Shown here: piece by piece, positions 37,605-50,633 of the stretch | How the letters are laid out: every line of letters starts with the position of its first letter | Numbering within the stretch: the first letter of the stretch is position 1 | NCBI GenBank assembly: GCA_022813865.1 | Contig: JALDZX010000083.1 | Location: 1 to 64,000, forward strand | DNA length: 64,000 nt | Direction of reading: 5' to 3' | Origin: Xylographa opegraphella | Taxonomy: Eukaryota | Position numbers and translations under genes: made by a program | Notes under the pieces: generated by a model | What the model saw: only the letters and a program-made list of their open reading frames with translations | The model's database searches: none | What the model was told of the DNA's origin: nothing

Positions 37605-39428
37605 TCAATGTAGACATCCACCTGGACTCTTCAAACACCACTCCATCTGTACCATCCCCGCCCCCACTCCCCTTGCCACCAGTCTCTCCCTCATCTCCGC
37701 CAATCGCCCAGTCACACCCTCCCCAATCGTCCCCTTGCCCCTCCACATCACCTCCGCCGCAGCCGCCACTCTCGGCCACAGCATGCCATCCAATCCCACA
37801 CCATCCGTCAGCTCTCCCCACAGATGCACCTCGCCCCCAATCACCAGATGTCTATCCTCTTTGGGGATGCCCTCAAAAGGATCATAATCGTACACAAGCC
37901 GCCAATTCTTGTATGGGGGACACCAATCTGCATACGGGGCCTTGGTTCCCACGTCGTCGACATTTGAGGGGTAAGGGTCCATCCATGTGCCGAGCCCACA
38001 GTCCAGATACCAGTGGGTGCTTGGCCCGAAAAGAGCACGATGACCACGGGCGACAACAGCGGCGAGGGAGGCGGGCTTCCGCCATGTCTGGACAATAGTA
38101 GAAGGTGGGAGGGTTATGTTCCAGTCCAGAAGGATTTCCTCCCAGGCGAGAGGCGTGAGGGAGTGAATAGATACGAGAGCGAAGACATTGTCGTAGAAAG
38201 CCTGTAAGAGAGGCTGTAACACGGCTTTGGAGGAGGAGTTGACGGTGGGATCGAGAGCATAGGAATTGGTGTTGAGCTCGTCTCCGCCGAGGTGGAAGTG
38301 CGGAGAGTAAGGCGCAATACGAGGAAAGAGGTCGGAAAGAATTTTTGTAAGGAAATGGGTGACAGCGGATGAGTTGAGCTTGAGTTGCCCGGATGGAGGC
38401 TCGGCGGCGTAGGACTCCCATGGCTGTATGTTGTAGGCTGTTATGAGTTCAGGATAGGAGTGGTGGATCGAGGCTGTGTGACCTGGCATATCGATCTCGA
38501 GGTAGACTTCGATACCAACAGATTTTCCATATTCTTGGACATCGCGGAGGTCGTCAGTACTCCAGATTTGTCTTTTGTGGTAAGCACCCTTCTCGGCTAA
38601 ATCTGGGAGGGCTGGTATCTCGAGGGGCCAGGATTGGGAATCTGTGGCATGGAGATGGAGACGATTGAGCTTGCTAAAGCTCATGGCGTCGAGGCTGCGT
38701 TTGACATCTTTCGTGGAGATTCTGTTGCGGGCTATATCTAGGTTAAGGCCTCTGTGCTCGAAGACGGGACGATCCTCGATAATGACGGGAGCATATGGTG
38801 TATACATATTAGCTTCACTTTCGGTATGAGCATAGAAGAGCTGTGCGAAGGTGTTCAGAGCGTGCAGTCCGCCTTGAATAGAAGTACTTTTGATCATGGC
38901 ACTTCCATCCTCGCGCAAATCTAGAGAGTATGCTTCCGTTGATGCATTGCTCTGCGGCTTTGCATCACTTGATACGTGGTAAGCTTCGATGGTGATTGAT
39001 TGTATGAAAGTTCTTGCGCTATCCATACTCGGCTCAAAATCGATATTTCTTTCGTGAAACTTGAAGGGTACAAAATGCTCGGCGAACAGTGTGTTCTTCA
39101 TACGTTCAAAGGCAGTTTCGAGAATTGCTTCCTGTTGTTTCTGAGACTCACTGAGCGGTCTCGTGACCCAAGCAGAAGTGTGAACCGGGTTTCGTGAGAC
39201 GTAATTGACAGCCAATTGTAACATAGTAATCAATCTTGTCCCAAAACGCTGTTGATCATGCCACAACTCCGCAAATCGGGGCTTTTCCACTGGTGTGTGT
39301 TTGAAAACAAGTCGGGCATCTCGAGATAGCCACACGGTGGACGATCCAGCCTCGAATAATTCCGGAAGAGGCCATATAGCTGTAGCTGGGGCAAAAAACA
39401 ATGAAATGGCAAAGAGAAAAGGAAGCAT
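37605..39428 (-). CDS. Secreted beta-N-acetylhexosaminidase (GH20)
   Basis: Signal peptide then IWPLP; HRGLNLDIAR, HATDSQSWP, EIDMPGH, catalytic HLGGDE, WYLDCG, LWPRVAAAAE. Confidence 0.96.
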   Translation of the reverse strand: MLPFLFAISLFFAPATAIWPLPELFEAGSSTVWLSRDARLVFKHTPVEKPRFAELWHDQQRFGTRLITMLQLAVNYVSRNPVHTSAWVTRPLSESQKQQEAILETAFERMKNTLFAEHFVPFKFHERNIDFEPSMDSARTFIQSITIEAYHVSSDAKPQSNASTEAYSLDLREDGSAMIKSTSIQGGLHALNTFAQLFYAHTESEANMYTPYAPVIIEDRPVFEHRGLNLDIARNRISTKDVKRSLDAMSFSKLNRLHLHATDSQSWPLEIPALPDLAEKGAYHKRQIWSTDDLRDVQEYGKSVGIEVYLEIDMPGHTASIHHSYPELITAYNIQPWESYAAEPPSGQLKLNSSAVTHFLTKILSDLFPRIAPYSPHFHLGGDELNTNSYALDPTVNSSSKAVLQPLLQAFYDNVFALVSIHSLTPLAWEEILLDWNITLPPSTIVQTWRKPASLAAVVARGHRALFGPSTHWYLDCGLGTWMDPYPSNVDDVGTKAPYADWCPPYKNWRLVYDYDPFEGIPKEDRHLVIGGEVHLWGELTDGVGLDGMLWPRVAAAAEVMWRGKGTIGEGVTGRLAEMRERLVARGVGAGMVQMEWCLKSPGGCLH

Positions 39429-39882
39429 CCTGGATGCCTAGACACGGGATACCGCAAAAGATGAACAATACAGGAATCGTGAGAAAAGCCCAGAAACTAT
39501 CTAGTCATTGGGAAAACGAACAGTCACACTATCGTGGGTCCAAAGTACATGAATGACAACACTTATCGTTAATCAATGCGTGAAAATAAGCGTAGGCATC
39601 GGCAGGTGCTTGCACAGGTCAGTGGTCCAATGAGAATTCAAAGCTGGTCGTTGTATTCCACCGACGTGCATCTACGAAATATCCAGATGCTCACTTTCCG
39701 CCTCGAGCTGCGGCCCATGATATACTGGCCAGTCACGTACTTTATAGTCCGGGACATTGGCGTTAAGGGGCGGGGCACAAACTGGACTTCTTCCTTCCAA
39801 TGACCTTCTACTTCTCACGTCAGTGATTCGAGCTGCAGCTCCTTGAGAGTGCAGCTGCTCAATAGTCTCTCCATATGGCATC

Positions 39883-41139
39883 ATGGTGGTGTTACTTGAT
39901 CTCGACGCGGACGATATCAATTCACGCAGGGTCTACTCTAAAACAGCCCTGACTTTCCCAATCCCATACCGAGACGAATCGAATCGAGCTCAGCAGCATG
40001 ACGACGCAAACCAGGACAACGATGAGAGGTCAAACCCAAACATCAACAGCTTTTCCGCGGCCTTGGCTTGCTACCCGTAAGCTACCCTCAGCATTACTAT
40101 CCCACAGTGGCTAAAGTGCAATCGGTTTTAGGATTGTTGTCCAAATTACTCGATCACTGGATCTCAATAGCCTCCACGCCCTGTCTCGCACATGTCGCCA
40201 ATTTCGATCAAGCCTTCTGCAATACCATAGACAGCTAATAAATGGAACCCTCCGGTGCATCTATGAATCATGCTCATTACGAGGGATCCACAAGAGCCGA
40301 CGCTCAAATCGCCGCCTGGGCTTTCTGACAAGCGGCAAGGTTGGCGCTTGTGCTAGAGATATGGTCAGCGAGTGTAGACGCTGCGGTGAAGTGGTCTGCA
40401 GAGTACGTCATAATCTTCAGCTTATCGAGCACGCGAAAGCCTGACAGTATGCTAGAACTGCACTATGAAAGCCCCGTCCAAATCTTCCTTGACCCATCGA
40501 CATCGCCGTTTATGTTCTGAATGTCTAGCCGCTCCAACCGAACTATTGATCGACCCGTGTGCAGTTTGCTCTTCCCCACCATCGTTCACCTCCTCAGCAT
40601 TCGCCGATGGGCTCTGCGCTTGTTCCGATATGTTTTATGTATGCCAGCCTTGTGGCCATGCCCTAGGCAATGCGGATACGTCTTACAAGCGAATATGGAC
40701 ATGGCGGACGCGGTACAGCACCTATCTTGGTGGTCTTGGCACAGGTATAGGGGAAGGCAATGAGGGAGTCAAGTGTGGACGTGGGGATCACTGCCTCGCA
40801 GCGAAGGATATAGAGATGGAGATCGATAGCGCTGCGGACGGGCTTTCATCATCGGTCTGGGTAGATGCTTTCCCGGGCGAGTCTACCAGCGAGGAATCGT
40901 GGAACGATTCTGGTGAAAAAGCTGGATACTTGACACAGGAGATGGAAGGAATCGGCGGCGTGGTAAAAAAGAAAGTCAAGAAGAGAGTAAAGGTCGGGAA
41001 GACTGTGCGGGAGTATGAGGATGAAAGGGAGAAGGCAGAGTACTTAGGGAGGGAAATACGGATGGAGAATCGAAGCTGGTGCGGCTGGTGCGACCGAGTG
41101 ATCCTTGGGAACAGAGATCGCGAACGACAAATCCTATGA
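39883..41139 (+). CDS. Conserved fungal protein with F-box-like motif and Cys-rich region
   Basis: Three exons (introns ~40077-40131 and ~40403-40456): PIVVQITRSLDLNSLHALSRTCRQFR (F-box-like), CARDMVSECRRCG..VCRNC, WRTRYSTYLGGLGTGIGEG, WCGWCDRV. Confidence 0.75.
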
Positions 41140-43575
41140 AACAGTAATGGCCTACCGTCTTCAGATCATGGTGCTTGAGCAGGCTAGTTCCAGCGCGCCG
41201 ATTGTCAACAAATTCGACTGTTAACAAAGCGGACTTGGCGAATGGCAATGGATGAGCCACGATGAACCGCGATAGTTCACGATGCGTCAAAGGATTGCAT
41301 CTCCATTCGAGGGAAACTCTGGATATGTAGCGTCCTCGAATACAGAAACGAAGCTTACCCCCTGCTCATCCGTCTGTGAAATGCAGCAGAATGGGATGTC
41401 AGCCTGTCAGGTAAGGTAGATTGGTAACATGCCAAGGCGCTTTTGCTCATCGGCTTAGCGTGCTCGCGAGGGGATTGGCTTGCGATGATGATGCTGCACG
41501 ACGACTTCTTTTGACAACGTCCCACCATGTCCATCATGGATTGTTGGATGGTTGAGGCTATGAATGCTTCATGGCTTCACTCATGCCTGATCGGGCTCAA
41601 GTATTCGGCCGCAGCCTTGATGCACTTTGTAGAGATCCACAGTCTGACTCTCACCCGCGGTCGCGTCGGTCCTATTAGGCTACAACTTGCCAGTTCGCCT
41701 CAATGAGGCTGTGTCTGCGAGATGTCTGCCTCATCAAATCGTCATTTTTCTACTGCAGATGGAAACTGTTAATGGTACGTCTTACTACGGTGGGATGACC
41801 TCTGTCGCTTTTCCTGCAATCCTCTGATGGCCTCGTATTGGACCTGCATAATGGACCTGCCACGTTTATCACAACACCACTTAGCGACTGCGCAGTCGCC
41901 GCACTTTGACAATACTGATATGCTCGTTCTCTTGGTGGTGCGTAATTGCATCTCGCCTTGCCTTCTAATCTTCTTCTTCCTTCCCGTTCGTCCGCAGTCT
42001 GAGGCTTAGACGGATAAGGCAAATCGGGCAACCGCGCTAAGCTCAATGGCCGCACGTCCTTGAAGTGTCATCTCACGTCGAATCATTTAACAATGCTACA
42101 CAGTGAGATGAGCCTAGATAAGAGGCGATGTGCCCCAGCTGTTTGCCTTTCTCCCTTTGCCTGGGCGTCCAGGCTCCTACCCCCCCTTTTGTCCACGGGA
42201 TATCATGTGGCATTAAGTCCTGAGAACAAGCATGTACAGACTCAAAATGCACAAGAGAGCCGAGTAAGTGTTCCATCCAATTGAGAGCTTGATCTCGGCT
42301 GACCAAGCAATAGGCTGCGGCTTCCAATAACTCTGTCGACCCTGCTCCCTCCAACTGCGCCTCTTTATGTCACGGACTCTTATGTGTAGGTATAGAAGAA
42401 GTCTGGGACATGGTATGCTATTATCCAGATTTGCATTTCTCCGAGTCCACCTTGAAGAGAGCCCAAGCCGAGATGGCCAAGCCTGAATAGCTACTAAGGC
42501 GACCAGAGGCGTATTGTTCGCCTACTTAGCACATACAGGAAAGTGAGGCATATGAGGTGCATTTCATGGCCCTCGACTTATTCTAGGCTTAGCTCTAACA
42601 GAGCATTCGTCGCCTTGCCTTACCTACGAGGGAGCTCCCACTTCACAAGACACTGAAGGTCCCATACACATTTTCAAATTGATCAAGCATCGATGAGCCT
42701 GTTTATTGCCACAAAACGAGATGGGTGTGAATGTTGTATAAAATATTCGAATTAACAGCCTAAGACTCGCGTGTAACTCTGTCTCACACATACAAGCATC
42801 CTTGTCTCCTTCAAATCCTTCTCAGCTGTCCAATAGCCGAACCGGGTGATCTCGAAGCTACAGACCACTCCAGACATTCCGGGCGTTTAACTCAGTCATC
42901 GCCGGCTCGACTCGCTACTAACACTCCCCTTGTACCATTCGGGGTACCACTACCACTTGTCAGGGAAAGGAAGGACGTGTAGGTATGTAGCTTGCAAAGA
43001 TGATGCGGCCGTCGGACACAATTTCAGGGCTTCCAATCACTGTTTTTATACCCCTTTAACAGGCAAATTTTGCCTCTTTCGCCGATTGAGTTCTGGATCT
43101 CCGATTTCATGCTGGCCAGAACTGCCATTCTCTTAGTGGATTGGGGCTAGCTGCGTTTTCGTTGCATACTGGCCCGTCGTGTAAGCTTATTTGCTGTCGT
43201 ATGTTGTAGCAAACTGTGACCGAGTTTCAATGTGTTTTCCAAACGTGTATCCACTCTCGCCTCAACTCAATGCAACGGCTGATTTGCTTGCTTTGCGTAG
43301 CTATTGGTTAAAAATTTACGGCGACGACCAAGGTCAATCTTGTTTTGAAGGCGCCTGCAAAAACGAATAAAATTCTAGGGCTGTTAGGCATATTGAATCC
43401 TCCGACTGTTTTTGAGCTACGTATAAAGGAACCACTTTGAACGCTGTTTGTTGGTGGACATATACTCCTTTCCAAGACCAGTACAAGCTCCAACAGTTCA
43501 CTTTCCATTCACATTGCTATCCAAACAATCGGTTCACGGCTCAGGCCAACGTCAATCTGCAAGTGGTCTCGTAAG

Positions 43576-44257
43576 ATGGCTTATCAGCAATCAAACTACA
43601 ATGTGAGACGATCTTTGGTACCTGCAAAACCGTGCGGTCTTCTTACAGTACCCTAGGGCATCCAAAACATCCCCTACTATTATGCCTCTCCGCCGCCGAG
43701 TCCTTACTCTCAATACCCTCAATCAAGCGCTATGTCACATAGCGTTTCGCAACAAAGTGACAGCTCATATGGGAGCTCGTATAAATCCAGTCCAATCTCC
43801 GGTACCATATCACCCCATCAAATGCACTACAATCAAGATCTGTATGCCTCGTATGTGGAACAGCCTGTTCCAGCTCACTCTCATTCGGCTTCTGGAACGA
43901 GAACTAAATCTCCAAGTACTAAGCAGTAAGCATTCTACCACAGATTATGCTTTTCTCGTATTAGCTTTCCATCCTACCAGCGGATCCTGACAGTGTTTCT
44001 AAAGGTCCAGCAATTCTTTTCCTTGCGTATTCCCCGGCTGTCTATCCGCTGCCAAAGGCAGTAGATTCACCAGGCTTGCCGATCTAGATCGCCATATGAA
44101 GACCGTCCATTACCCGGAGTATATAGACTGCCCGCACAAGTGGTGCGGCCGTACGGGAACCAATGGCTTTACACGAAAAGACCATCTGAAAGAGCACCTT
44201 CAACAGATGCATGGTGGACGAGAGTACCCTCCTCCAAAAACACGAGCGGTACGATAG
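43576..44257 (+). CDS. Small transcription factor with two C2H2 zinc fingers (fingers not in the ORF track)
   Basis: Exons 43576-43602, ~43658-43925, ~44004-44257; FPCVFPGC..RFTRLADLDRHMKTVH and IDCPHKWC..GFTRKDHLKEHLQQMH. Confidence 0.85.
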
Positions 44258-45440
44258 TAGACAGTGCCTTGAACTATCGCAAGTGGAATCATCGGATTAT
44301 GGGATTGCGTGGGTTGGAACCTGGATTCTGGCGCTGAGCGGGATGTGCTAGGCGTCGCTAGACTTGGTGATTCATCGACATTGGAGCGGGTGTTGGAAGC
44401 CTTTTATGGAAAACAGTACGTGGGTTCGAGCTTCATTTCTTCAAGACTCCTAGGGGAAAGACCGCTCGTTATCATCATCCCTTTATCGGAGTTCAACGGT
44501 TACACGGCACCAGACTAGATGAAGGCTTTTGCTTCCGAAGCCGGGGCAATGGCGCTTTTTCACCGATTTTCCTGGGCCTGGCGTTCTTTCTCTTCTACGA
44601 TCTATGGCGCCACCCGCTGTTTTGGAGCTCATGCTCTCTCTGCTCCTCGTCTGGCGTTCTGGCTCGCCGGGTCTCGGGGCTTTTGTCTGCTGTGTTTTAT
44701 GGTCTGCAACGGTATCGGTGGCGGTGCTGACTGTGGGGCTTGGTTAGCTGCCTTACAGGCGCTGATGCTGTCGTTACTATATGTATGCGTAGCTGCTTAG
44801 ATATTTCGGTGCGGTTGGGGACGGGGCGTGCAGACGTTGAGGGCGTGGTTGATAGATAGATGGTGTGGCGAGGGGAATGCAACCAATTTTTTTGTATTTT
44901 TGTGGATTATATGGTGTTTGTGTGGATGTGCATCGTACTGGGGCTCGCCGAAGCCGTGGTACCGCCGCTGGCTGAAATATGGCTCCTGTTTCGAAGTAGA
45001 TGCCCGTTGGGCGAATCGCCCTATGAAGTCTGTTGGTGGTATGAGCGAGGGTGAAAGGGTATTTTATGGATAGGGACTCGGTGGGTTGAGGTGTCGCTAC
45101 AACGTAGGATGTCTTCCGGGCTTTGGGTAACTGTAAAAACGGGAAACACTCGGGCTGCCTATTGGGGTTATTTGTTTGATCGGCACCGGTTCGAAACACG
45201 GAGAAGCTGGTTGGGGATGAGGCACCGGAACAGAAAAACGCGTGGAGGATGAAGTGCCTTCTGTGGGACTGATAGTCGTAGCAAAACACGATTGAGGCAA
45301 TCATTCATAGTGGTCAATGAAGGGCAAGGAAGAAATGATAATGAGCGGGTCACGGCGGAGCATAGGTTAAAGGGAAGCACATGGGATTATTGCGAAAAAT
45401 GCATTGATGAATAGGTGGTGTGAAGGTGAGTTGTTTTCAT

Positions 45441-47546
45441 TCACGTCACGAGAACCTCGCGAAAACGCTTATGGCGAAAACGCTTATGGCGAAAACGCTT
45501 AGGGCGAGAAGCAGGCTTGGTGTGCAAGTCGATCCCCACATGTATCGCATGCTGGATCTTCCACGTCGTCGGTTTTTGCAAAATGTCCTGGTTATGCCAG
45601 CTCCTGTCGAGTACCAATGCTTCCGCGAATAGGTCGATGAAGTTGCCGGCCAGCTTGTAGCGTCTCATTGCGCCCAGGTCTCGAGCTATCATCTGCTTTG
45701 CCAGACTCAGCGACCGCTCGCGATCTTCTCCGGTGAAGGAATATTGGCTCAGTAGCTCCTTTATTCGCCATCCCGGGTCCGACTTTTCTGAATTTGGGCT
45801 TGAGCGAATATCGATCCCGACAATAACCTTTCCAGCCGTTTTGAAAAGGCGCTCCGTGGCTGTCCGGGGGTGTTCGGGAGTATTGCGTACCAAGCTATGG
45901 AGAACAAGTTTCTGCATTCGATAACTTACGGCAGCTTCCAAACAGGCCACCCGCCAGGTTACCCTGCAACAGTTGATGAGTTTTGACCGCCATGCGAGCA
46001 TAAACAGGCCGTCGTATTCACCCTGGCCTGGAGACACGTTATATTGAGATTTGAATAGCCGAAGCAACTCGATGGCGCGTTGTGGTTGTCTCAGGCTGCG
46101 GCAATACCCAAGGAGAATGTGTAGAGTTACATTGTTTGGTTGACATCCACGATCGACCATCACTCGAAGCACTATGACCGCCTGAGAACCCAATCCGTTT
46201 TTCCCAAGGATATAGCACATCTGGTTGCCTGATCGAATAGAAATCCAGTCAGTCCCATAGCGCGAGTCCATCAGTGAAACAAATGATTCGAGATCTTTAC
46301 CACCAGCAAGGTGATCAGAAAGCTCAACCTCAACGATCTGTCTCACAACAGACCGGAGCATTGCAGCATCTTTCAACATTCCAGCTTCCCTCATAAATCT
46401 TACAACCAGCAGCTGTGCGCGCCTGTCCTTGATGGCTTTGAGAAAGACAACCCATGTGTGCCCATTCGGTGACACTCCTCTACGAGTCATGACTTTTAAT
46501 AAATACGTGAAGCTGTGGAGGTCATTCCTCGTAGCTGCACCACGAAGCATGACATTGAATGTCTCTGTCGAAATGATAACCTGCGTATCATCCATGATGT
46601 TGAACAACTTGCGAGCACTTGAGATGTTGCTATTCTTGTAACAGAAGCTCAAGGCGATATTGAATGCTTCAGTGGTCATGTAAGGTCTTAAAGACTCATC
46701 CTCGAAGAGTAGCATAATCGCTGTGTGTACTGCATCTGTATGTGTAGTTTGTTTCCTATACAAATGCCTGTGCATCAAACGTGAGACCTTGGATTGAGCC
46801 AATTTCTTTACGTGAACCGTAAAAGTGGAGCTAGACCATATCTTTGGGCGCGGTATATCCTGTGCACGAATTGGACAGTTTTTTGAGGGGTCCGTAGATA
46901 TGTTATAGATAACCAACGGAGGTTTGGTAATAGTCGTACCATGAGTTTCATAGTGCTGCTTAAGCTCAAGGAAAGCGAGCCGCCAATCGTACGACCAGGA
47001 TCCAGTATATTTGGTGATGGCAGTCCTAAATTCTTGTATGGCTTCTTTCCTATTTGTGTTTGACTCTATCTTCCGGATATTCGAAGGTTGCAGCATAAAG
47101 CTGTTATGAAAAGACTTTCCACGTGGAGCTGACAGAGCCTCTTCCAGAGTCTTGAAGCCGCCAACATGACGCTCCTTCTCGACTACGCTTGCTACCGGTA
47201 GCGTCCCATAGGTCTTGGAAACAGATATATCGGACTTATCACCAGTAGTACTCTCTTGTAAAGGAATCGTTGTTGATAATGTCCTTAGCGTGCTATCGTG
47301 TAGCCTCGACCCACCCTGAGCTTCTTTGACATCTTGTACTTGCAGTGGTGTTGCCTGAGTCGCTGTGTCCTCCACACGCAACAGGCCTGTCGAGAGGTGT
47401 GCAGTCTGTAAGCAAAAGAGGGCTCTAGCAGCTTGCCCCACAGAGAAACATAGGAACAAACGACGAGAGGTGTCCCTGGGAGTCGCAAGGAGATAGGTAG
47501 TAGCCAGTGATAAGCTCCTGTAGTGTACTCGACGTCCCAGGGACAT
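45441..47546 (-). CDS. Pentatricopeptide-repeat protein, probably mitochondrial
   Basis: PPR motifs EAFNIALSFC, ETFNVMLRGAA..MTRRGVSPNGHTW, MVDRGCQPNNVTLHILL; Arg-rich N-terminus. Confidence 0.88.
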   Translation of the reverse strand: MSLGRRVHYRSLSLATTYLLATPRDTSRRLFLCFSVGQAARALFCLQTAHLSTGLLRVEDTATQATPLQVQDVKEAQGGSRLHDSTLRTLSTTIPLQESTTGDKSDISVSKTYGTLPVASVVEKERHVGGFKTLEEALSAPRGKSFHNSFMLQPSNIRKIESNTNRKEAIQEFRTAITKYTGSWSYDWRLAFLELKQHYETHGTTITKPPLVIYNISTDPSKNCPIRAQDIPRPKIWSSSTFTVHVKKLAQSKVSRLMHRHLYRKQTTHTDAVHTAIMLLFEDESLRPYMTTEAFNIALSFCYKNSNISSARKLFNIMDDTQVIISTETFNVMLRGAATRNDLHSFTYLLKVMTRRGVSPNGHTWVVFLKAIKDRRAQLLVVRFMREAGMLKDAAMLRSVVRQIVEVELSDHLAGGKDLESFVSLMDSRYGTDWISIRSGNQMCYILGKNGLGSQAVIVLRVMVDRGCQPNNVTLHILLGYCRSLRQPQRAIELLRLFKSQYNVSPGQGEYDGLFMLAWRSKLINCCRVTWRVACLEAAVSYRMQKLVLHSLVRNTPEHPRTATERLFKTAGKVIVGIDIRSSPNSEKSDPGWRIKELLSQYSFTGEDRERSLSLAKQMIARDLGAMRRYKLAGNFIDLFAEALVLDRSWHNQDILQKPTTWKIQHAIHVGIDLHTKPASRPKRFRHKRFRHKRFREVLVT
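45459..45501. repeat. 15-bp tandem repeat GCGAAAACGCTTATG x~3 encoding KRFRH repeats at the PPR C-terminus
   Basis: Directly visible. Confidence 0.9.
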
Positions 47547-47863
47547 GTGCTACGTCAATTGCATCCTGGAGTTGAGCATAAGGAAGATGGTTATTTGGTT
47601 TGGGGAGAAACAGAATTTCGTGTTTGCGGTCAGCCCTACGGCACGGTCGGTCTTCCCGAGGACGATCTTTCCCTGCAACGGTTACGTTAGGCTTCTCGAG
47701 CACGCGTTGCTGGAATTCACCACCTATGATAGCTTCAGAACACAGCAGTCACCGCACAAAGAGATAGTGACTAGACAGTCGGGCATACTCAGCCAGAATT
47801 CGGGTCCCAACTGCTGCTCCTTTGATATCATAGGCTGCAACCTTACCCAGCTCATTTTCCAAA

Positions 47864-48897
47864 ATGTCAGGTCTGTAATTATCGCTCTTAATGGCCGGCC
47901 GTACCGGGCTAATGAAGCACTTGAAAATAGGGAGTGCGGGCTATGATCGACACATAACTATATTCTCTGACCAGGGAAGGTTATATCAAGTCGGTTCGTC
48001 CCCACCGAATCTGTGAACCGTTGCGCTTCACATGGACTCTGCTCCTTCTTGGCTATGAAGATGCAGCAGCTAAATACTAGTACTTGCCAGAATATGCATT
48101 TAAGGCTATTACCGCCGCGAATATCATGTCAGTCGGTGTCAGAGGGAAGGATTGTGCCGTGGTGCTGTCCCAAAAGAAGGTCCCCGTAAGCCAGCCTGTT
48201 ATCCATTCGAATATTCTCCAGTGACTGATGCCCAGCTGCTTAGGACAAACTGATCGACCCATCATCTGTCTCTCATATATTCAAATTATCGCCCTCGGTG
48301 GGTTGTGTTATGACTGGATCGATCGCGGATGCGCGAGCGTCTGTCAACCGGGCACGAGGCGAGGCAGCGGAATTCAGGTACAAGAACGGATACGAGATGC
48401 CATGCGACGTGTTAGCCAAACGACTAGCCAATATCAATCAAGTATACACACAAAGAGTGCGTATCCACAGCTGAGCGTCGGACGTTGGACGACATTGCTG
48501 ACGGACACAGGCCTACATGCGGCCTCTTGGCGTAGCAACAACTCTGATCTCCATGGACTCTGAGTACGGACCTCAGCTCTACAAGTGCGATCCTGCAGGC
48601 TACTACGTCGGATACAAAGCGACGGCATCGGGACCGAAACAACAGGAGGCTCTCAACCACCTGGAAAAGAAGCTGAAGAACAAGGATTGTGCAGAAGGGA
48701 CATGGGAGGATGTGGTCGAGTTGGGAATATCAACGTTGAGTACCGTGCTCAGCGTTGATTTCAAGAAGGGCGAATTGGAGGTCGGCATCGTCGGGGGCCC
48801 AGCGGTGGGCGGGCGGGAGGGCACGGATCTGGCGTTCAGGGCGCTGAGCGAGGAGGAAATCGAGGAGCGATTACAGGCAATCAGTGAGAAGGACTGA
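47864..48897 (+). CDS. SCL1: 20S proteasome subunit alpha-1
   Basis: 7-nt first exon (47864-47870), then [62 protein letters not shown]. Confidence 0.96.
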
Positions 48898-49912
48898 GGG
48901 AACGTCGGAGGTGGCTGATGCCCGGTCCGCGTGGGAGTCGGGCTAGTGATGGGAGGAGAGTCAAGCAAGAGATCTCAGTACGCAGAGCAAGGATCTTTTG
49001 ATAATTCTCGAACGTGAGCTACTTGCACGAATTGGGAGGTACTGACGTCAGCCAGACTTGACAGTGCACTCATGAGTTCCCATTAGCAGTCAATCAGAAG
49101 ACCCGAGTCCTGACCGCCTGTGTACCTGCGTTGCTTGCTTTTGGAGCCTCATGAGTTGTGATTTGCCGATGCCCGTCTGCACAGCCAACCGTGGCTTAGG
49201 ACGCACCCTGCGCAACTCGTACCGAGATGCATTAGCGTGCCTGTGTTTCCGTTGACGTGCCCATTCGCTGGAGCAGGAGAGCGGAGCAACTTTACTACGG
49301 GTGAGCCAGTTGGACCCAGCGATCTGGGATACTAACTTTAGGACTTCTGGCATGCAGAACCGGCGCAATGCTGGGGGACGATGGGCATGCAAGCGTGCAA
49401 GAGCGTTTGGTGTTGTCGGTCGACGACTCTTTCAGCTGCCGCTCGCCGCATGATTGGCCAGAGGCGTTTAAGCTCATCAGGTGCCACGTTCCGGATGCGC
49501 CCTTGCCCGCTTACGGCTAGTGCCCTCGCACTATGGCGCCAAGCTGAAGCCTTCGTTTCGGCTGAACGTGCCCCGGCAACACCCTTCACGAGCGTGCTCT
49601 CTTGCAAGCTCCAGCTCGAATGTACTCGATGCATCTGACTTTCACGCTTCTCGGATCGAGCTCTGGCAGTCATGACAATCGTTTCCATCCTGTGTTTGAA
49701 GAGCGAGCACCGGTTCGATGTGGGTGCCTTCAGCAAGCCACCGGAGTCTAAGGAGCTGTTCGCCAACCGGCACTCGGGCATGGGTCACCTCATGCTTTCG
49801 AACAGCATTTATAAGGAACCATGTTGGGACCTTTGACATCCGACAAACACCGGCTATCAGACTCTTTCCCACCGCCGCAAAGCAAAACCTCGTAGCTTTC
49901 CGAATTGTAGCA

Positions 49913-50633
49913 ATGGCAGACGGACGTAAGCAATCTTTCACAATCCTCACGGCCGACGACAACTGCGTGGTGGCTGGACTGACTCGCTGTGATAGTCAAC
50001 GATGCACGGGCGATGCGAGTGGCGGAGGTGATGAACGACTTTCGAACAATCCAGCACCGCATACAGCAGTATCGGGTCAATCCTCCTCAGGGACAGCAGC
50101 AATTGACCGGATATGCGGTCTTACGACAGTGTCACGCTGAGGCCCAAGGTCTTTTGTCCGCCAACTTCAATGCTGGTTCAGCACAGAGCTCTGGTGGCTC
50201 TCCTGAGACATTGAAACGTCAGCTTCAGCGGTCAGCAGACAGCTTTTTTGTTGAATGATCACGATTCGAGTATACTGATAGCTCTCAGAATCTTGATCGA
50301 TGCGAGTGCCCGTCGATTTCGAGTTCAAAGAGTCTATCTACGAGCTGTGGCAGCTATGCGCTGGGTTCAAGCTCGCAACCAGGCACTTCAAGGACAGCAG
50401 CCGCATGCGGGCCATGCGGCTGCATTGCAGAGGGTCGACCACGCGTTGGCAGCTGTCAGTGCATTCCATGTATTTCTTGGCAATACACTAAACATTATTT
50501 TCAGGAGCTCGCCACCATTACCGATGACAGGATCGTCAACGAACTCCGCCAGAAAGATTGGTCTGCCGGTCATTACTTGGCTGAGGACCCTTCTCTCGCG
50601 ACCTTGCAAAGCTGGATTCGATCGCAGCACTAG
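49913..50633 (+). CDS. Uncharacterised helical fungal protein, four exons
   Basis: MADGLNDARAMRVAEVMNDFRTIQ..GYAVLRQC..ILIDASARRF..EDPSLATLQSWIRSQH*, joined in frame by three GT-AG introns. Confidence 0.8.
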
